This document shows positions 21,064-31,397 of a stretch of 64,000 nt of DNA, in pieces. The position numbers and the translations under genes are program-made. This DNA is from Bdellovibrionia bacterium (GTDB taxonomy: Bacteria; Bdellovibrionota; Bdellovibrionia; Bdellovibrionales; Bdellovibrionaceae). Location: positions 3,967 to 67,966 of the forward strand of contig JBKHVM010000002.1 of assembly GCA_046570065.1 (NCBI GenBank), given 5' to 3'. How positions within the stretch are numbered: the stretch's first letter is position 1; each line of letters starts with the position of its first letter. The notes beneath the pieces are model-generated. The model made no database searches. It had not been told where the DNA came from and worked only from the letters and a program-made list of their open reading frames with translations.

Positions 21064-22992
21064 ATGACTCAAACTTTAATGGCGATTTTATTAGCCGCAC
21101 CTCTTGTTGGATTTTTATTAAACGGCCTTCGTTTTAGAAGTCAAAATGCCAACCTTGCTGGGGGTATTGCAACCTCTGCAATGGTAGTTTCCTTTGTTTC
21201 TGCAATCATGCTCGTGACAGAGCTTATTGCGATGCCGCCAGAGGCGCGACGAATTGCAGTTAGCTTCTTTGATTGGATTGTAGTTGATAAGTTTAAGGTT
21301 GAAGCAGCGTTTGTTGTCGATCAAATCAGCGCAATCATGATTCTTATAATCACAGGCGTTGGATCCTTGATTCATTTGTTCTCAATCGGATACATGCACC
21401 ACGATAAAGGTGTAACAAAGTATTTTGCTTACTTAAACTTGTTCGTTTTTAACATGTTGATCCTCGTGCTTGGCGATAGCTTGCTAACAATGTTTGTGGG
21501 CTGGGAAGGCGTAGGTCTTTGTTCTTATCTTCTTATCGGCTTCTGGTTTACTGATAAACAAAAGGCCGCAGCTGGAATGAAGGCGTTTATCACAAATCGC
21601 GTGGGAGACGCAGCCTTCTTGCTTGGAATGTTTATTCTTTTCATTTCTTTTGGTACCGTTAATTTTGCTGAGCTTAATGCTTTAGCGCCAACAGTTGCAG
21701 AAGCTTCTTGGTTAGGGGCGGCAACCCTAGGAACGTTGTTCTTATTTATTGGTGCCACTGGTAAGTCAGCTCAGATTCCATTATATGTTTGGCTTCCTGA
21801 CGCCATGGCGGGCCCAACTCCGGTGTCTGCGCTAATCCACGCGGCGACAATGGTAACGGCCGGTGTCTACATGATCGTGCGTCTAAACGCAGTTTTCTTA
21901 GCAGCTCCAAATACTATGATGGTTATCGCAATCATCGGTGCTGCAACGGCAGTTTTAGCTGCGACAATTGGTCTTACACAATGGGACATCAAGAAAGTTT
22001 TGGCCTACTCAACAGTTTCACAGCTTGGCTACATGTTCTTAGCGGCTGGTGTTGGCGCTTTTGGTGCAGCCATGTTCCACCTTATGACTCACGCATTCTT
22101 TAAAGCGTTAATGTTCTTGGGTTCTGGTAGTGTTATTCATGCCATGCATGAGGAACAAGATATTCGCAAAATGGGTGGACTTAAAAAGTATATGCCTATC
22201 ACACATATTACTTTCTTTTTGGGTTGGTTGGCGATTATTGGTATGCCCCCGTTCTCTGGGTTTTTCTCAAAAGATGAAATCTTGGCAATGGCATTCCACT
22301 CTCCATTTGGTCACCCACTTTATTGGGTTGCGGGCGCAATCGGCGCTACTTTAACTGCATTCTATATGACTCGTTTGATGGCCTTAACTTTCTGGGGCAA
22401 GAGCCGCGTTCCTAAGGATATCCATCCACATGAGTCACCGGCGATCATGTCTGTTCCTTTGATTGTTCTAGCTATTCTTTCTGTTATTGGTGGCTGGATT
22501 GGTATTCCTCATGTTATCGGAGCCATCCTACCAGGACATCCTCACAATGTGTGGGCAGAGTGGTTACAACCAGCGCTTAAACAATTTGAGATGGCACCAT
22601 TCGATGTGACTACAGAATGGATCTTAATGGGAATCTCAGTGGGTCTTGCATCTATATCTGCCTTTGTGGCCTACACTTTCTATGTGAAGAAGCCAGAAGC
22701 TCCTGAGAAAATTGCAAACTCAATCCGCCCAGTATATGAGCTTGTAAATAACAAATACTTAGTCGATGAGCTTTATTTTGGATCCATTATTAATCCACTT
22801 GTAAGCTTCTCAAAAAATCTTTGGTATTACATCGATGTTAATTTTATCGATAAAATCACTTATCTTGCGGGAGACTTAGCAAAGGGCATGGGCTCGTTTG
22901 TTCGCTCTCTTCAAAACGGCAACATGCAACAGTATGCCATGTATGTTTCGCTGGGTTTAGTGGCCATCCTTTCATTTGTGTTGATGAGGTAG
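21064..22992 (+). CDS. nuoL: NADH-quinone oxidoreductase subunit L
   Basis: 642 aa. Antiporter-like subunit with a C-terminal lateral-helix region. Motif WLPDAMAGPTPVSALIHAATMV. Confidence 0.95.
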   Translation: MTQTLMAILLAAPLVGFLLNGLRFRSQNANLAGGIATSAMVVSFVSAIMLVTELIAMPPEARRIAVSFFDWIVVDKFKVEAAFVVDQISAIMILIITGVGSLIHLFSIGYMHHDKGVTKYFAYLNLFVFNMLILVLGDSLLTMFVGWEGVGLCSYLLIGFWFTDKQKAAAGMKAFITNRVGDAAFLLGMFILFISFGTVNFAELNALAPTVAEASWLGAATLGTLFLFIGATGKSAQIPLYVWLPDAMAGPTPVSALIHAATMVTAGVYMIVRLNAVFLAAPNTMMVIAIIGAATAVLAATIGLTQWDIKKVLAYSTVSQLGYMFLAAGVGAFGAAMFHLMTHAFFKALMFLGSGSVIHAMHEEQDIRKMGGLKKYMPITHITFFLGWLAIIGMPPFSGFFSKDEILAMAFHSPFGHPLYWVAGAIGATLTAFYMTRLMALTFWGKSRVPKDIHPHESPAIMSVPLIVLAILSVIGGWIGIPHVIGAILPGHPHNVWAEWLQPALKQFEMAPFDVTTEWILMGISVGLASISAFVAYTFYVKKPEAPEKIANSIRPVYELVNNKYLVDELYFGSIINPLVSFSKNLWYYIDVNFIDKITYLAGDLAKGMGSFVRSLQNGNMQQYAMYVSLGLVAILSFVLMR

Positions 22993-22995
22993 ACG

Positions 22996-24546
22996 ATGAT
23001 TCTTAGTACACTGGTATTTTTACCACTACTTTTTGCACTGCTAGTTGCTATTTGGCCGAAGGAGTCTTCGCTACGACAAGTAGCTCTAGGCTTTTCTTTG
23101 GTAGAGTTTGCGCTCAGCTTAAATGTTCTTCAGCAGTTTAATCCAGCAAGCGCTGGCCTTCAAATGGTCGAAAAGCACATGTGGATTGAGCGCTTTGGAA
23201 TCCAATATTTCTTAGGAATTGATGGGATTTCATTGTGGTTAGTTATTCTAACGACATTCTTAACTCCTATTATTATTTTAGCGAGTTGGAATTCTATCGA
23301 TCAAAAGAGAAAAGGTTTTCATGCGGCTCTGTTTGTTCTTCAGACAGCAATGCTCGGGACTTTCTTAGCTATTGATGCTATTTTCTTCTATGTGTTCTGG
23401 GAGCTTTCTCTGGTTCCAATGTATTTCATGGTTGGGATCTGGGGCGGTGCTCGTCGTATTTATGCGACAGTTAAGTTCTTTATCTACACCATGGCAGGCT
23501 CGGTACTCATGTTGGTTGCAATCATTTACATGATGTACCTTACACAAGAAGCAACAGGACAGATGTCTGCAAACTTATTAGATTTTTATAAATTAAAAAT
23601 TCCATTTGTTGGCGGAGAGTTCTTTTCTTTACAAACCCTGTTGTTTTTTGCATTTGCTTTGGCTTTTGCAATCAAGGTACCGGCATTTCCGGTGCACACG
23701 TGGCTTCCTGATGCCCACGTTGAGGCCCCAACTCCAGGCTCTGTAATTCTTGCTGGTGTGATGTTGAAGATGGGAACTTATGGTTTTATGAGATGGGTAA
23801 TTCCTCTCTTTCCAGAGGCATCACAACATTGGGCTTGGTTGTTCTTGTTAATCGCTGCGATCGGTATTGTTTACGGCGCTCTTGTGGCCATGGTTCAACC
23901 TGACATTAAAAAGCTTGTGGCGTACTCTTCTGTATCTCATATGGGTTACATACTCTTAGGTCTATTTGCTTTTAACGTTTATGGTATGACGGGTGGTCTT
24001 TACCAGATGCTTAACCACGGTATCTCTACCGGCGCTCTGTTCATTCTAATTGGTATGATCTACGAAAGAACACACAGCCGTGAAATTTCAAAATATGGCG
24101 GTCTAGCAAGTGCCTTGCCGATCTTTACGATTTTCTTCTTCATCGTTACTCTTTCATCCATTGCTGTTCCGATGACGAATGGTTTTGTTGGAGAGTTTTT
24201 AATTCTTTTAGGTACTTTTGAGGCATCTCCTGGATTTGCATACGTTGCAGTTTCTGGCGTGGTTCTTGGTGCTGTTTACATGCTTTGGATGTTTAAACGC
24301 GTATTCTTTGGCGAAAAGGGTGAGCTTGTAAGAGATGAACACCATCCACTCAAAGATCTTTCACCTCGCGAGATTGCAGTTTTAGTTCCCATGGTTATTA
24401 TGATTTTCTGGATGGGCTTGTTCCCTAGCTTCTTCTTGAACTATTCAAAAGCCAGCATTGATCATTTGGTTAAAAACCGTATGACTTATAATTTAAGTAT
24501 CAACGAAACCGAACAGCCCTACATGCAAGCGCAGGGAGGTAACTAA
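22996..24546 (+). CDS. nuoM: NADH-quinone oxidoreductase subunit M
   Basis: 516 aa. Motif WLPDAHVEAPTPGSVILAGV, typical of NuoM/ND4. Confidence 0.95.
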   Translation: MILSTLVFLPLLFALLVAIWPKESSLRQVALGFSLVEFALSLNVLQQFNPASAGLQMVEKHMWIERFGIQYFLGIDGISLWLVILTTFLTPIIILASWNSIDQKRKGFHAALFVLQTAMLGTFLAIDAIFFYVFWELSLVPMYFMVGIWGGARRIYATVKFFIYTMAGSVLMLVAIIYMMYLTQEATGQMSANLLDFYKLKIPFVGGEFFSLQTLLFFAFALAFAIKVPAFPVHTWLPDAHVEAPTPGSVILAGVMLKMGTYGFMRWVIPLFPEASQHWAWLFLLIAAIGIVYGALVAMVQPDIKKLVAYSSVSHMGYILLGLFAFNVYGMTGGLYQMLNHGISTGALFILIGMIYERTHSREISKYGGLASALPIFTIFFFIVTLSSIAVPMTNGFVGEFLILLGTFEASPGFAYVAVSGVVLGAVYMLWMFKRVFFGEKGELVRDEHHPLKDLSPREIAVLVPMVIMIFWMGLFPSFFLNYSKASIDHLVKNRMTYNLSINETEQPYMQAQGGN

Positions 24547-26006
24547 TGAAACCCATGATTGGACTTTCAGACATTCTTTTAATTTCTCCCATGATTGCAC
24601 TCTTTCTTTTGAGCTTGCTGCCAATCACCATTAAGGTTTTGAGAGGCAACAAGGAACAGCCGGCTTTTGCGACTCTAACTCAGGGATTGATTGCTATATT
24701 AGTATCTCTGGGCCTGCTCATCATATTTGGCGGAGCAGGGCAGACAGCCTTTAACGACTCATTGGTTTTTGATGGCGTAGGTTTGTGGTTAGGCTCAATT
24801 GCCTTGGCTTCTGCTGGCGCAGCCCTCGTATTAATGTATGAAAACCCAGCCACCTCTGGCCGCCAGTTTTCTGAGTTAACGTTTTTAACTCTGTCATCAG
24901 TATTGGGGATGTTAATCTTAGTCTCTGCAGTAGACTTGCTCACTGTATTTATCGGTCTTGAGATGATGTCTCTTCCTCTTTATTTGATGATTGGCATGAG
25001 CCATGAAGATAAGCTCTCCAAGGAATCTGCAATTAAATACTTCATTTTAGGATCTTTTGCTTCTGCGATATTCCTATATGGAGTCTCTTTTATTTTTGGA
25101 ACTGCAGGAACAACAAATATTTTAGAGTTCATCACGAGAACTTCTGAACTCATGACTTCAAGCCGACTTTTCATCGTGGGCATGACTCTCTTAATTATTG
25201 GTTTTTGCTTTAAGGTTTCTATTGCGCCTTTTCATGCGTGGACTCCAGATGTTTATCAAGGAGCACCAACGCCTCACACGGCTTTCATGGCAACAGCGGT
25301 TAAGGCTGTTTCTTTTGCTGCATTCTTGAGAATTATTGCAACAAAATCCTTAATGAGCTCAGAAGCACTATTTGATTTCTTACAGTGGTTAGCAGTTATC
25401 ACCATGATTGTTGGTAATGCGGCAGCCATCATTCAGAACAACTTAAAGCGCGTTTTGGCATATTCTTCAATTTCACACTCAGGTTATATATTGGTTGGCG
25501 TTATCACTGCCGGAGTCGCAGTAGATGGTTCATTAGGAGCCAGTGGTGTTATATTCTATTTGTTCAGTTATGCCATCATGACTATTGGTGCGTTTGCAGT
25601 TATTCACATGCTTGAGCGCACTGAGAACAGCACAGTGACTGTCGATAGTTTAGCAGGTCTTGCTAGTCGCAGACCAATTTTAGCACTAAGCTTAACAGTT
25701 TTCTTGTTATCTATGGCCGGCATTCCTCCAACGCTTGGATTCTTTGGTAAGTTTTATTTATTTAATGCTGCCATCGGAGAGGGCCTTATTTGGCTTGCGG
25801 TTTGGGGTATGATCAGCTCTGTTATCGGTGTTTATTATTACTTAAGACCGATTGTTGTCATGTATATGAAAGAGGGTGATGCTGATGTTGCGCCTCATTC
25901 ACTTAATGCTTCAATGATTACGGCGGTCGTTGCTGCTTTGTTGATTATTGTTCTGGGGCTTGTTTCGGGACCTCTTTTCTCTGCAGTGGAAAAGAGCCTT
26001 ATTTAA
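24546..26006 (+). CDS. nuoN: NADH-quinone oxidoreductase subunit N
   Basis: 486 aa. TAATG overlap with nuoM. Motif PFH.WTPDVYQGAPTP, typical of NuoN/ND2. Confidence 0.95.
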   Translation: MKPMIGLSDILLISPMIALFLLSLLPITIKVLRGNKEQPAFATLTQGLIAILVSLGLLIIFGGAGQTAFNDSLVFDGVGLWLGSIALASAGAALVLMYENPATSGRQFSELTFLTLSSVLGMLILVSAVDLLTVFIGLEMMSLPLYLMIGMSHEDKLSKESAIKYFILGSFASAIFLYGVSFIFGTAGTTNILEFITRTSELMTSSRLFIVGMTLLIIGFCFKVSIAPFHAWTPDVYQGAPTPHTAFMATAVKAVSFAAFLRIIATKSLMSSEALFDFLQWLAVITMIVGNAAAIIQNNLKRVLAYSSISHSGYILVGVITAGVAVDGSLGASGVIFYLFSYAIMTIGAFAVIHMLERTENSTVTVDSLAGLASRRPILALSLTVFLLSMAGIPPTLGFFGKFYLFNAAIGEGLIWLAVWGMISSVIGVYYYLRPIVVMYMKEGDADVAPHSLNASMITAVVAALLIIVLGLVSGPLFSAVEKSLI

Positions 26007-26031
26007 TAGCTTAAAAAATTAGCTTAATTTC

Positions 26032-26064
26032 AAAGCCCACTGGGATTTTTTCAGTGGGCTTTTT
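26032..26064. terminator. Intrinsic terminator after nuoN (11-bp stem, T-run), overlapping the stop of the convergent patatin gene
   Basis: AAAGCCCACTG-ggatttttt-CAGTGGGCTTT followed by TT. Confidence 0.8.
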
Positions 26065-27262
26065 ATATTTCATAACCACGAAGAGCGCTAAGAGTTGATT
26101 TAAAACCAATCTTTACAATTCTCTCAAGAATCTTTGGATTCAAGCTAAAGTGATCAACAAAGAACATTTCGTAATCTTGCGGGCGGGGAGAGATATAAAT
26201 ATGATCTACTTCTGGTCTGAAGTGAGCTCGGCGTTCAATATGTTCAAGCACTTGTTTGCGCAATTGCGGATCTACACTGGCTCTTTTTAGCTCTGCTTCG
26301 ATAGCTTGGTAGATGCTTTTAATTTCATTTCTATGTTCAATGTGCCGAACAATTTTCTGCTGTATTACTTGGTAAAGGGCCTGATTTAAAATCACAGGGA
26401 TGCCATACTCATGAAGCGAACCCATTTTTTTTGAGTAGTGATAGGGCTGAATAGAGTAGCTAGCAATAACAAGATCAGCGCCATTGTCTGAAGCAACATG
26501 GGTCGAAAGTGTATCTCTAATCTCTCCATCATAATAAAAGATCTCTTTTCCCTTCATATTGGGAATTCCATAAGGGGAAAAAACGGGCGGCAGTGCCGTT
26601 GAACAAGCCACGGCTTCACTAATGGTTGCGTAGTTGATCAGTTTGAATTTGGCATTTTTGCTGGGCTCGTCAAAGTTGCCGAAGATGGCTTTGCGCGTAT
26701 GATTTAATTGGGTAGCAATGATGTAGAGCTCAACTCCTAAGCGTGAGAACTCATTATGAACGAGAGCATCTTTTCGCAAGTATTGCTCTAGGGCTTTGGT
26801 TGAAAACAGCCCGTTGATTTTAACGCCATTTTTTAGCATGGCCTCTAAACCGCCTTGCACGAGAGACTTCTTAAGCAAGATATCAGGCAAAAAGCGCAAC
26901 AAACCATTGGAGTTAAGATTAAAAATGTTTCTATATTTTAGGGGCTTTAAATACTCAGAGTCAGTGGTTTCAAATCTTGCCCTATCGCCAAAGCCAAGCT
27001 CAAAGGCATTAATTAGGCTTTCAACAGGATAACCCGAGGCTAAGATAGAAGCGACAAAGGCCCCAGCGCTTGAGCCCACATACTGCCGTATCGTTAAGGG
27101 CAATGAGTCTGGATAGCGCTGACTAACCAGGTCTGGAGTTCCACCAGCAAAGCGAAAACCCTTTTCCTGAAGGGCCAAACAGGCACCAATATGGAATGCT
27201 GCAGCTTTAATCCCGCCACCACTTAATACCAAGGAGATTTTCTTTTTCTCTCGAAGTCTCAT
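26063..27262 (-). CDS. Patatin-like phospholipase
   Basis: 399 aa. Oxyanion motif LSGGGIKAAAF, nucleophile GSSAG (GxSxG), and a DGE-type Asp dyad motif (YYDGEI). Confidence 0.85.
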   Translation of the reverse strand: MRLREKKKISLVLSGGGIKAAAFHIGACLALQEKGFRFAGGTPDLVSQRYPDSLPLTIRQYVGSSAGAFVASILASGYPVESLINAFELGFGDRARFETTDSEYLKPLKYRNIFNLNSNGLLRFLPDILLKKSLVQGGLEAMLKNGVKINGLFSTKALEQYLRKDALVHNEFSRLGVELYIIATQLNHTRKAIFGNFDEPSKNAKFKLINYATISEAVACSTALPPVFSPYGIPNMKGKEIFYYDGEIRDTLSTHVASDNGADLVIASYSIQPYHYSKKMGSLHEYGIPVILNQALYQVIQQKIVRHIEHRNEIKSIYQAIEAELKRASVDPQLRKQVLEHIERRAHFRPEVDHIYISPRPQDYEMFFVDHFSLNPKILERIVKIGFKSTLSALRGYEI

Positions 27263-27334
27263 AGGGTTATCATACTAAGGTCTAGTGAGTAGGCAATGAC
27301 TAACCAGCTCTTGGTCGAGTTCTAGGTAAAATTT

Positions 27335-27362
27335 TTGACAGATCACTGAGCTGTGATATGGT
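27335..27362 (+). promoter_or_regulatory. Candidate promoter (TTGACA-N16-TATGGT) for the HTH gene
   Basis: Read by eye. The spacer contains the inverted repeat ATCAC-N6-GTGAT. Confidence 0.3.
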
Positions 27363-27417
27363 TTTGAGTAAGCAAATAGTCTAGTCACCACCTGACTAAC
27401 CATTTGGTAGGAGAGAA

Positions 27418-27849
27418 ATGACGCAAGAAAGTTGGTTGCCCTTAGCTGATTACTCAATGAAGTACAAAGTGAGTGTATCCACTTTACGGCGTCGAATTAA
27501 AACTGAGGATATCAGGTTCCGTTTTGATGATGGTAAATACCTCATAATGGACGAGCCGATGGACCTCTCGAGCCAAAAAGGACATCGCCCCTCCCTGAAC
27601 AGCGAATTGACTTCACGGCACGAGATTCCAGCGATATCTGAAGTAGAGATTCAACAAAAAACTCCTAAGGAGGAGCCTATTTTGACGGCTGCAAATAAGT
27701 TACTTCATGAACTGAAGAGAGCTTATACCCAAATTCTTCAAGAGAAAGAGGAGCAAATCCTTCATCTCAAAGAAGAAGTGGCAGACCTAAAAACTTTGGT
27801 GCGAGTCCTTGAGTCAGAGAATGAGAGACTAAAGGGTTTCAAGCAGTAG
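27418..27849 (+). CDS. Small DNA-binding protein: N-terminal MerR/excisionase-like HTH plus a C-terminal leucine-zipper-like coiled coil
   Basis: 143 aa. YKVSVSTLRRRIKTEDI resembles an HTH_17-type recognition helix. The C-terminal 45 aa show heptad Leu/Glu periodicity. Confidence 0.5.
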   Translation: MTQESWLPLADYSMKYKVSVSTLRRRIKTEDIRFRFDDGKYLIMDEPMDLSSQKGHRPSLNSELTSRHEIPAISEVEIQQKTPKEEPILTAANKLLHELKRAYTQILQEKEEQILHLKEEVADLKTLVRVLESENERLKGFKQ

Positions 27850-27881
27850 TATTTCCATGTGTTCCGAAGTCTTCTAAACAA

Positions 27882-27919
27882 AAAACCTCATACCGTAAAG
27901 TATGAGGTTTTTGTTTTTT
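27882..27919. terminator. Bidirectional intrinsic terminator between the HTH gene and lon
   Basis: AACCTCATAC-cgtaaa-GTATGAGGTT flanked by an A-run upstream and a T-run downstream, so it works on both strands. Confidence 0.8.
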
Positions 27920-27934
27920 AAGGAGGGGCGACGT

Positions 27935-30340
27935 TTAGGCAGCGAGAGGCTTTGATTTTTTTGCCTCTTTTTTGCCTGGAGCTTTTTTGTTGGCAACTCG
28001 ATCGGACTTTTCAAAAACCACTGCAAATACTTCATCTAAGTTCTCTGCAAGGATAAAGTTCATCTGATCTTTAAATTGTTTTGGAATATCAGCGAGATCT
28101 TTTTGGTTCGCAATTGGGATGATCACATTTGTGATGCCCTGGTTGAGAGCCGCAAGACACTTTTCACGAATTCCACCCACTGGCAACACACGACCCTGAA
28201 GAGTTACTTCGCCCGTCATTGCGATATCATGACGAACAGGAGTGTCTGTCATTAAGCTGACAAGTGCTGTTGTGAGCGTAATACCTGCAGAAGGCCCATC
28301 TTTTGGAATTGCACCCGCTGGCAAGTGTACGTGAACATCAAACTTTTCAGAGAAATCTTCTGGAATGTTAAGCTCTTCCATGTGAGCGCGGGCATAACTC
28401 ATAGCTGCTTGTGCAGATTCTTTCATCACGTCACCAAGCTGACCTGTAAGCTGTAGGTGCCCTTTACCCTTCATTTTTAGAGCTTCGATCATTAAAACTT
28501 CACCACCAGCCTGCGTCCAGGCGAGTCCTTGCACCACGCCAACCTGAGAGTCATTGAGTTTGTCATCACGTAAGAAACGCGGAGGACCTAATAACTCAGG
28601 GATTGTTGAAGGTGTTACTTCGACAAAAGTAGCTTCTTTCATTACCACCATCTTAGCAACTTTACGACATACTGAGCCCACTTCTCTTTCGAGGTTACGT
28701 AGTCCAGCTTCGCGAGTATAGCCACCAATCAAGAATTTAATTCCTTCGTCAGTAAAGCTAATGTTTTCGTTAGTAATTCCATTTGCTTCAATCTGACGAT
28801 TGATAAGATGTTTTTTAGTAATCAACAGTTTGTCATTCTCTGTGTAACCAGGAATGTTGATGATTTCCATACGATCTCTAAGTGCTGCAGGAATATTTTC
28901 GAGAACGTTGGCCGTAGCAATAAAGAGTACATTAGAGAGATCAAAATCAACGTTAAGATAGTTATCTCTAAATGTTGCATTTTGTTCTGGATCCAAAACC
29001 TCAAGCATTGCTGCTGATGGATCTCCTCTAAAGTCTGAGCCTAACTTGTCAATTTCATCTAAAACGATAACTGGGTTATTTGTTTTAGCTTGTCGCATGG
29101 CCTGGATTACTTTTCCTGGCATAGCTCCGACGTAGGTGCGACGATGACCTCTGATTTCGGCCTCATCTTTAACACCACCAAGAGCGATACGGAAGTACTC
29201 ACGGCCCATGGCCTTAGCAATAGAGCGGCCGAGAGATGTTTTACCAACACCTGGAGGGCCACCAAAACACAAGATTGGTCCCTTCATGTTTTGTTTTAGC
29301 TGACGAACCGCTAAAAACTCTAAGATACGATCTTTTACTTTTTGTAAGTCATAGTGATCATCATCAAGAACTTCTTTAGCATGTTTAAGGTCTAAAATAT
29401 CTTCAGTTTTTTTGCTCCATGGTAGATCAACCATCCAGTCTAGATATGTTCTCACCATTGTCGCTTCTGAAGCGTCTGGATGCATTCTCTCAAGTCGGCC
29501 CAGCTGCTTAAGGGCCTCAGTTTCAACTTGTGGAGGCATGCCAGCATTGATGACCTTTTCGCGAAGCTCTTCCATTTCTTCTGATTTAGAATCGCCTTCG
29601 CCAAGCTCATTCTTTATAGCCTTCATCTGTTCACGCAAGAAATATTCTCTTTGAGACTTATTAAGATCTTCTTGCTTGTTGCCACGAAGCTTCTGTTGAG
29701 CCTGCATAACTTCTAGCTCAGAAGTTAGAATTTGATTTACTAACTTTAAGCGCTCAAGTTGATTTTGTGTTTCAAGAACTTGTTGTGAGTCTTGAATTTT
29801 AATCCCTAAATTACTAGCGATAAGGTCTGCCGCTTTACCTGGCTCGTTGACGTCATCTAAGACCAAAAGAATATCTGGAGTTAAAGGGCGACCAAGCGCG
29901 ATGATACGCTCGATATTTTCTTTTGCAGTTCTGATTAAAGCCTCTGCCTCAGTAGAAGGAGCAGCAAGAGGAGACTCTTCAATCTTCTCAATCGCAACTT
30001 CAAAGCTAGGATTAGTTTTTGTATACTGTGTGACCTTAGCTCGGCTTACACCTTGAATTAAGATTTTCACACGACCATCAGAAAGTTTTTTCATTCTCAT
30101 GATCATCGCCACAGTTCCAACTGAGTAGATTGAATCTGGAGTTGGACTCTCTTCGCCAATGTCTTTTTGAGAAGCTAAAAAGATAAGACGGTTTTTAGAT
30201 AATGCTTCTTCAACAGAGCGTATTGAAACATCTCTGCCCACGTAAAGAGGAATGATCATGTAGGGAAATACTACAAGATCACGAACTGGAAGCATGGGTA
30301 GTGTTTGTGGTATGTCTAGAACTTTATCGTCAAAACTCAT
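27935..30340 (-). CDS. lon: ATP-dependent Lon protease (LonA)
   Basis: 801 aa. Walker [10 protein letters not shown]. Catalytic-Ser motif [11 protein letters not shown]-terminal LON substrate-binding domain. Confidence 0.97.
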   Translation of the reverse strand: MSFDDKVLDIPQTLPMLPVRDLVVFPYMIIPLYVGRDVSIRSVEEALSKNRLIFLASQKDIGEESPTPDSIYSVGTVAMIMRMKKLSDGRVKILIQGVSRAKVTQYTKTNPSFEVAIEKIEESPLAAPSTEAEALIRTAKENIERIIALGRPLTPDILLVLDDVNEPGKAADLIASNLGIKIQDSQQVLETQNQLERLKLVNQILTSELEVMQAQQKLRGNKQEDLNKSQREYFLREQMKAIKNELGEGDSKSEEMEELREKVINAGMPPQVETEALKQLGRLERMHPDASEATMVRTYLDWMVDLPWSKKTEDILDLKHAKEVLDDDHYDLQKVKDRILEFLAVRQLKQNMKGPILCFGGPPGVGKTSLGRSIAKAMGREYFRIALGGVKDEAEIRGHRRTYVGAMPGKVIQAMRQAKTNNPVIVLDEIDKLGSDFRGDPSAAMLEVLDPEQNATFRDNYLNVDFDLSNVLFIATANVLENIPAALRDRMEIINIPGYTENDKLLITKKHLINRQIEANGITNENISFTDEGIKFLIGGYTREAGLRNLEREVGSVCRKVAKMVVMKEATFVEVTPSTIPELLGPPRFLRDDKLNDSQVGVVQGLAWTQAGGEVLMIEALKMKGKGHLQLTGQLGDVMKESAQAAMSYARAHMEELNIPEDFSEKFDVHVHLPAGAIPKDGPSAGITLTTALVSLMTDTPVRHDIAMTGEVTLQGRVLPVGGIREKCLAALNQGITNVIIPIANQKDLADIPKQFKDQMNFILAENLDEVFAVVFEKSDRVANKKAPGKKEAKKSKPLAA

Positions 30341-30414
30341 ACAGCTCCTCCGCGAAGTGCGGGTAAAAATTGTGGTAACAACTTCTCGGTGAGCTATACA
30401 GATTGCTTAAATTA

Positions 30415-30446
30415 TTTTAAAAAAATTAGACTGACATCCATGTCAG
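30415..30446 (-). terminator. Intrinsic terminator downstream of the DksA-like gene
   Basis: Minus strand: CTGACATGGATGTCAG hairpin followed by TCTAATTTTTTT, 30 nt after the stop codon. Confidence 0.55.
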
Positions 30447-30476
30447 AAAGACTCAGTCCCTGAGATAAAATGAAAA

Positions 30477-30848
30477 TTATTGGACTGGCCCTCGACTATC
30501 TTCTTGTTCTTCCATGCATTCAATGCAGAGAGAAGTAAAAGGTCTAGCCTGAAGTCTGCGTGGAGAAATAAGTTCGCCACAGCATTCACATTGACCGTAG
30601 ATGCCTTCGCTGATTTTTCCCAAAGCTCTTTCAATTTGATAGAGAGCTTGACGATCTCTTTCGTGTAAATGAATAGAAATATTGGTAGCCAAATCGTGAG
30701 AAGCTAATTCAACTTCATCTGATATTAATGAACTGTTGGCCTGTTCACTTTTAAACTCATGGCTCTTATTCAGGATCGAACTTTTTTGAAAAAGTAACGA
30801 TTCCTTTAAAGAACTTAATTCTGTTTCTGAGAGCGCGGTTATGCTCAT
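30477..30848 (-). CDS. DksA/TraR-family C4 zinc-finger protein
   Basis: Probable ATG at 30848 (GGGGGGAAGG precedes it; the ORF track starts at 30872). CxxC-N17-CxxC (CECC...CIEC). Coiled-coil tip DEVELA. Confidence 0.8.
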   Translation of the reverse strand: MSITALSETELSSLKESLLFQKSSILNKSHEFKSEQANSSLISDEVELASHDLATNISIHLHERDRQALYQIERALGKISEGIYGQCECCGELISPRRLQARPFTSLCIECMEEQEDSRGPVQ

Positions 30849-30937
30849 CCTTCCCCCCGTTGTGATGATCATCCGTCCGTGGACCTGAAGTAACGAGGGA
30901 ATAGGATAGTGTCACTAAAAAAGCAGTGCGTGATTAA

Positions 30938-31312
30938 TTAACGCGCATATCTTCGATTCATTGCTTCACGAATTTCTGCACCCTCTATGCTAAGGCGAGT
31001 CCATGGAATCGTTAACAATCGATCTGGCTCTATAGGCTCTTCTGTCTCTTCACAGATGCCAAAAGTTCCTTGCTCGATTCGACTCAATGCGCTTTCGATT
31101 TCGAGTAGCATATGGCGAAGTCTCGCTTGATTGATAAGAAAATGATGTTCTTCGAGTTGGGCTACAGTGAGGTCTACTTCATCGCCTGTCTTTTCGTGAG
31201 AAACAAATTCGTTTTGAGCATGGCGCACTCGATTTAATAAATCTTGCTTGAGCTCAATGAGTTTAAAACGACACTCTCTAACGACTTCTTCAGACAATCC
31301 GTGAATAGACAT
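30938..31312 (-). CDS. DksA-like protein lacking the zinc-finger cysteines
   Basis: 124 aa. RBS AAGGAGG. GTFGICEETEEPIEPDRLLTIPWTRLSIEG aligns to the DksA finger, but only 1 of 4 Cys is retained. Tip motif DEVDLT (DxxDx). Confidence 0.7.
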   Translation of the reverse strand: MSIHGLSEEVVRECRFKLIELKQDLLNRVRHAQNEFVSHEKTGDEVDLTVAQLEEHHFLINQARLRHMLLEIESALSRIEQGTFGICEETEEPIEPDRLLTIPWTRLSIEGAEIREAMNRRYAR

Positions 31313-31397
31313 AGACCCCTCCTTCTTAGACTATTCTCTAGGCCAACGCTGCCTAGCATTGGCCTTTAGACGCCCTGAGTAGGGAGGTCGGTTAATG

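Noticed and set aside
26063-27262. The patatin-like phospholipase as a CBASS (CapV-type) or other anti-phage effector.
   Set aside because: There is no cyclase, sensor or other defence gene adjacent. It is flanked by the nuo terminator and a small HTH gene in a housekeeping context.
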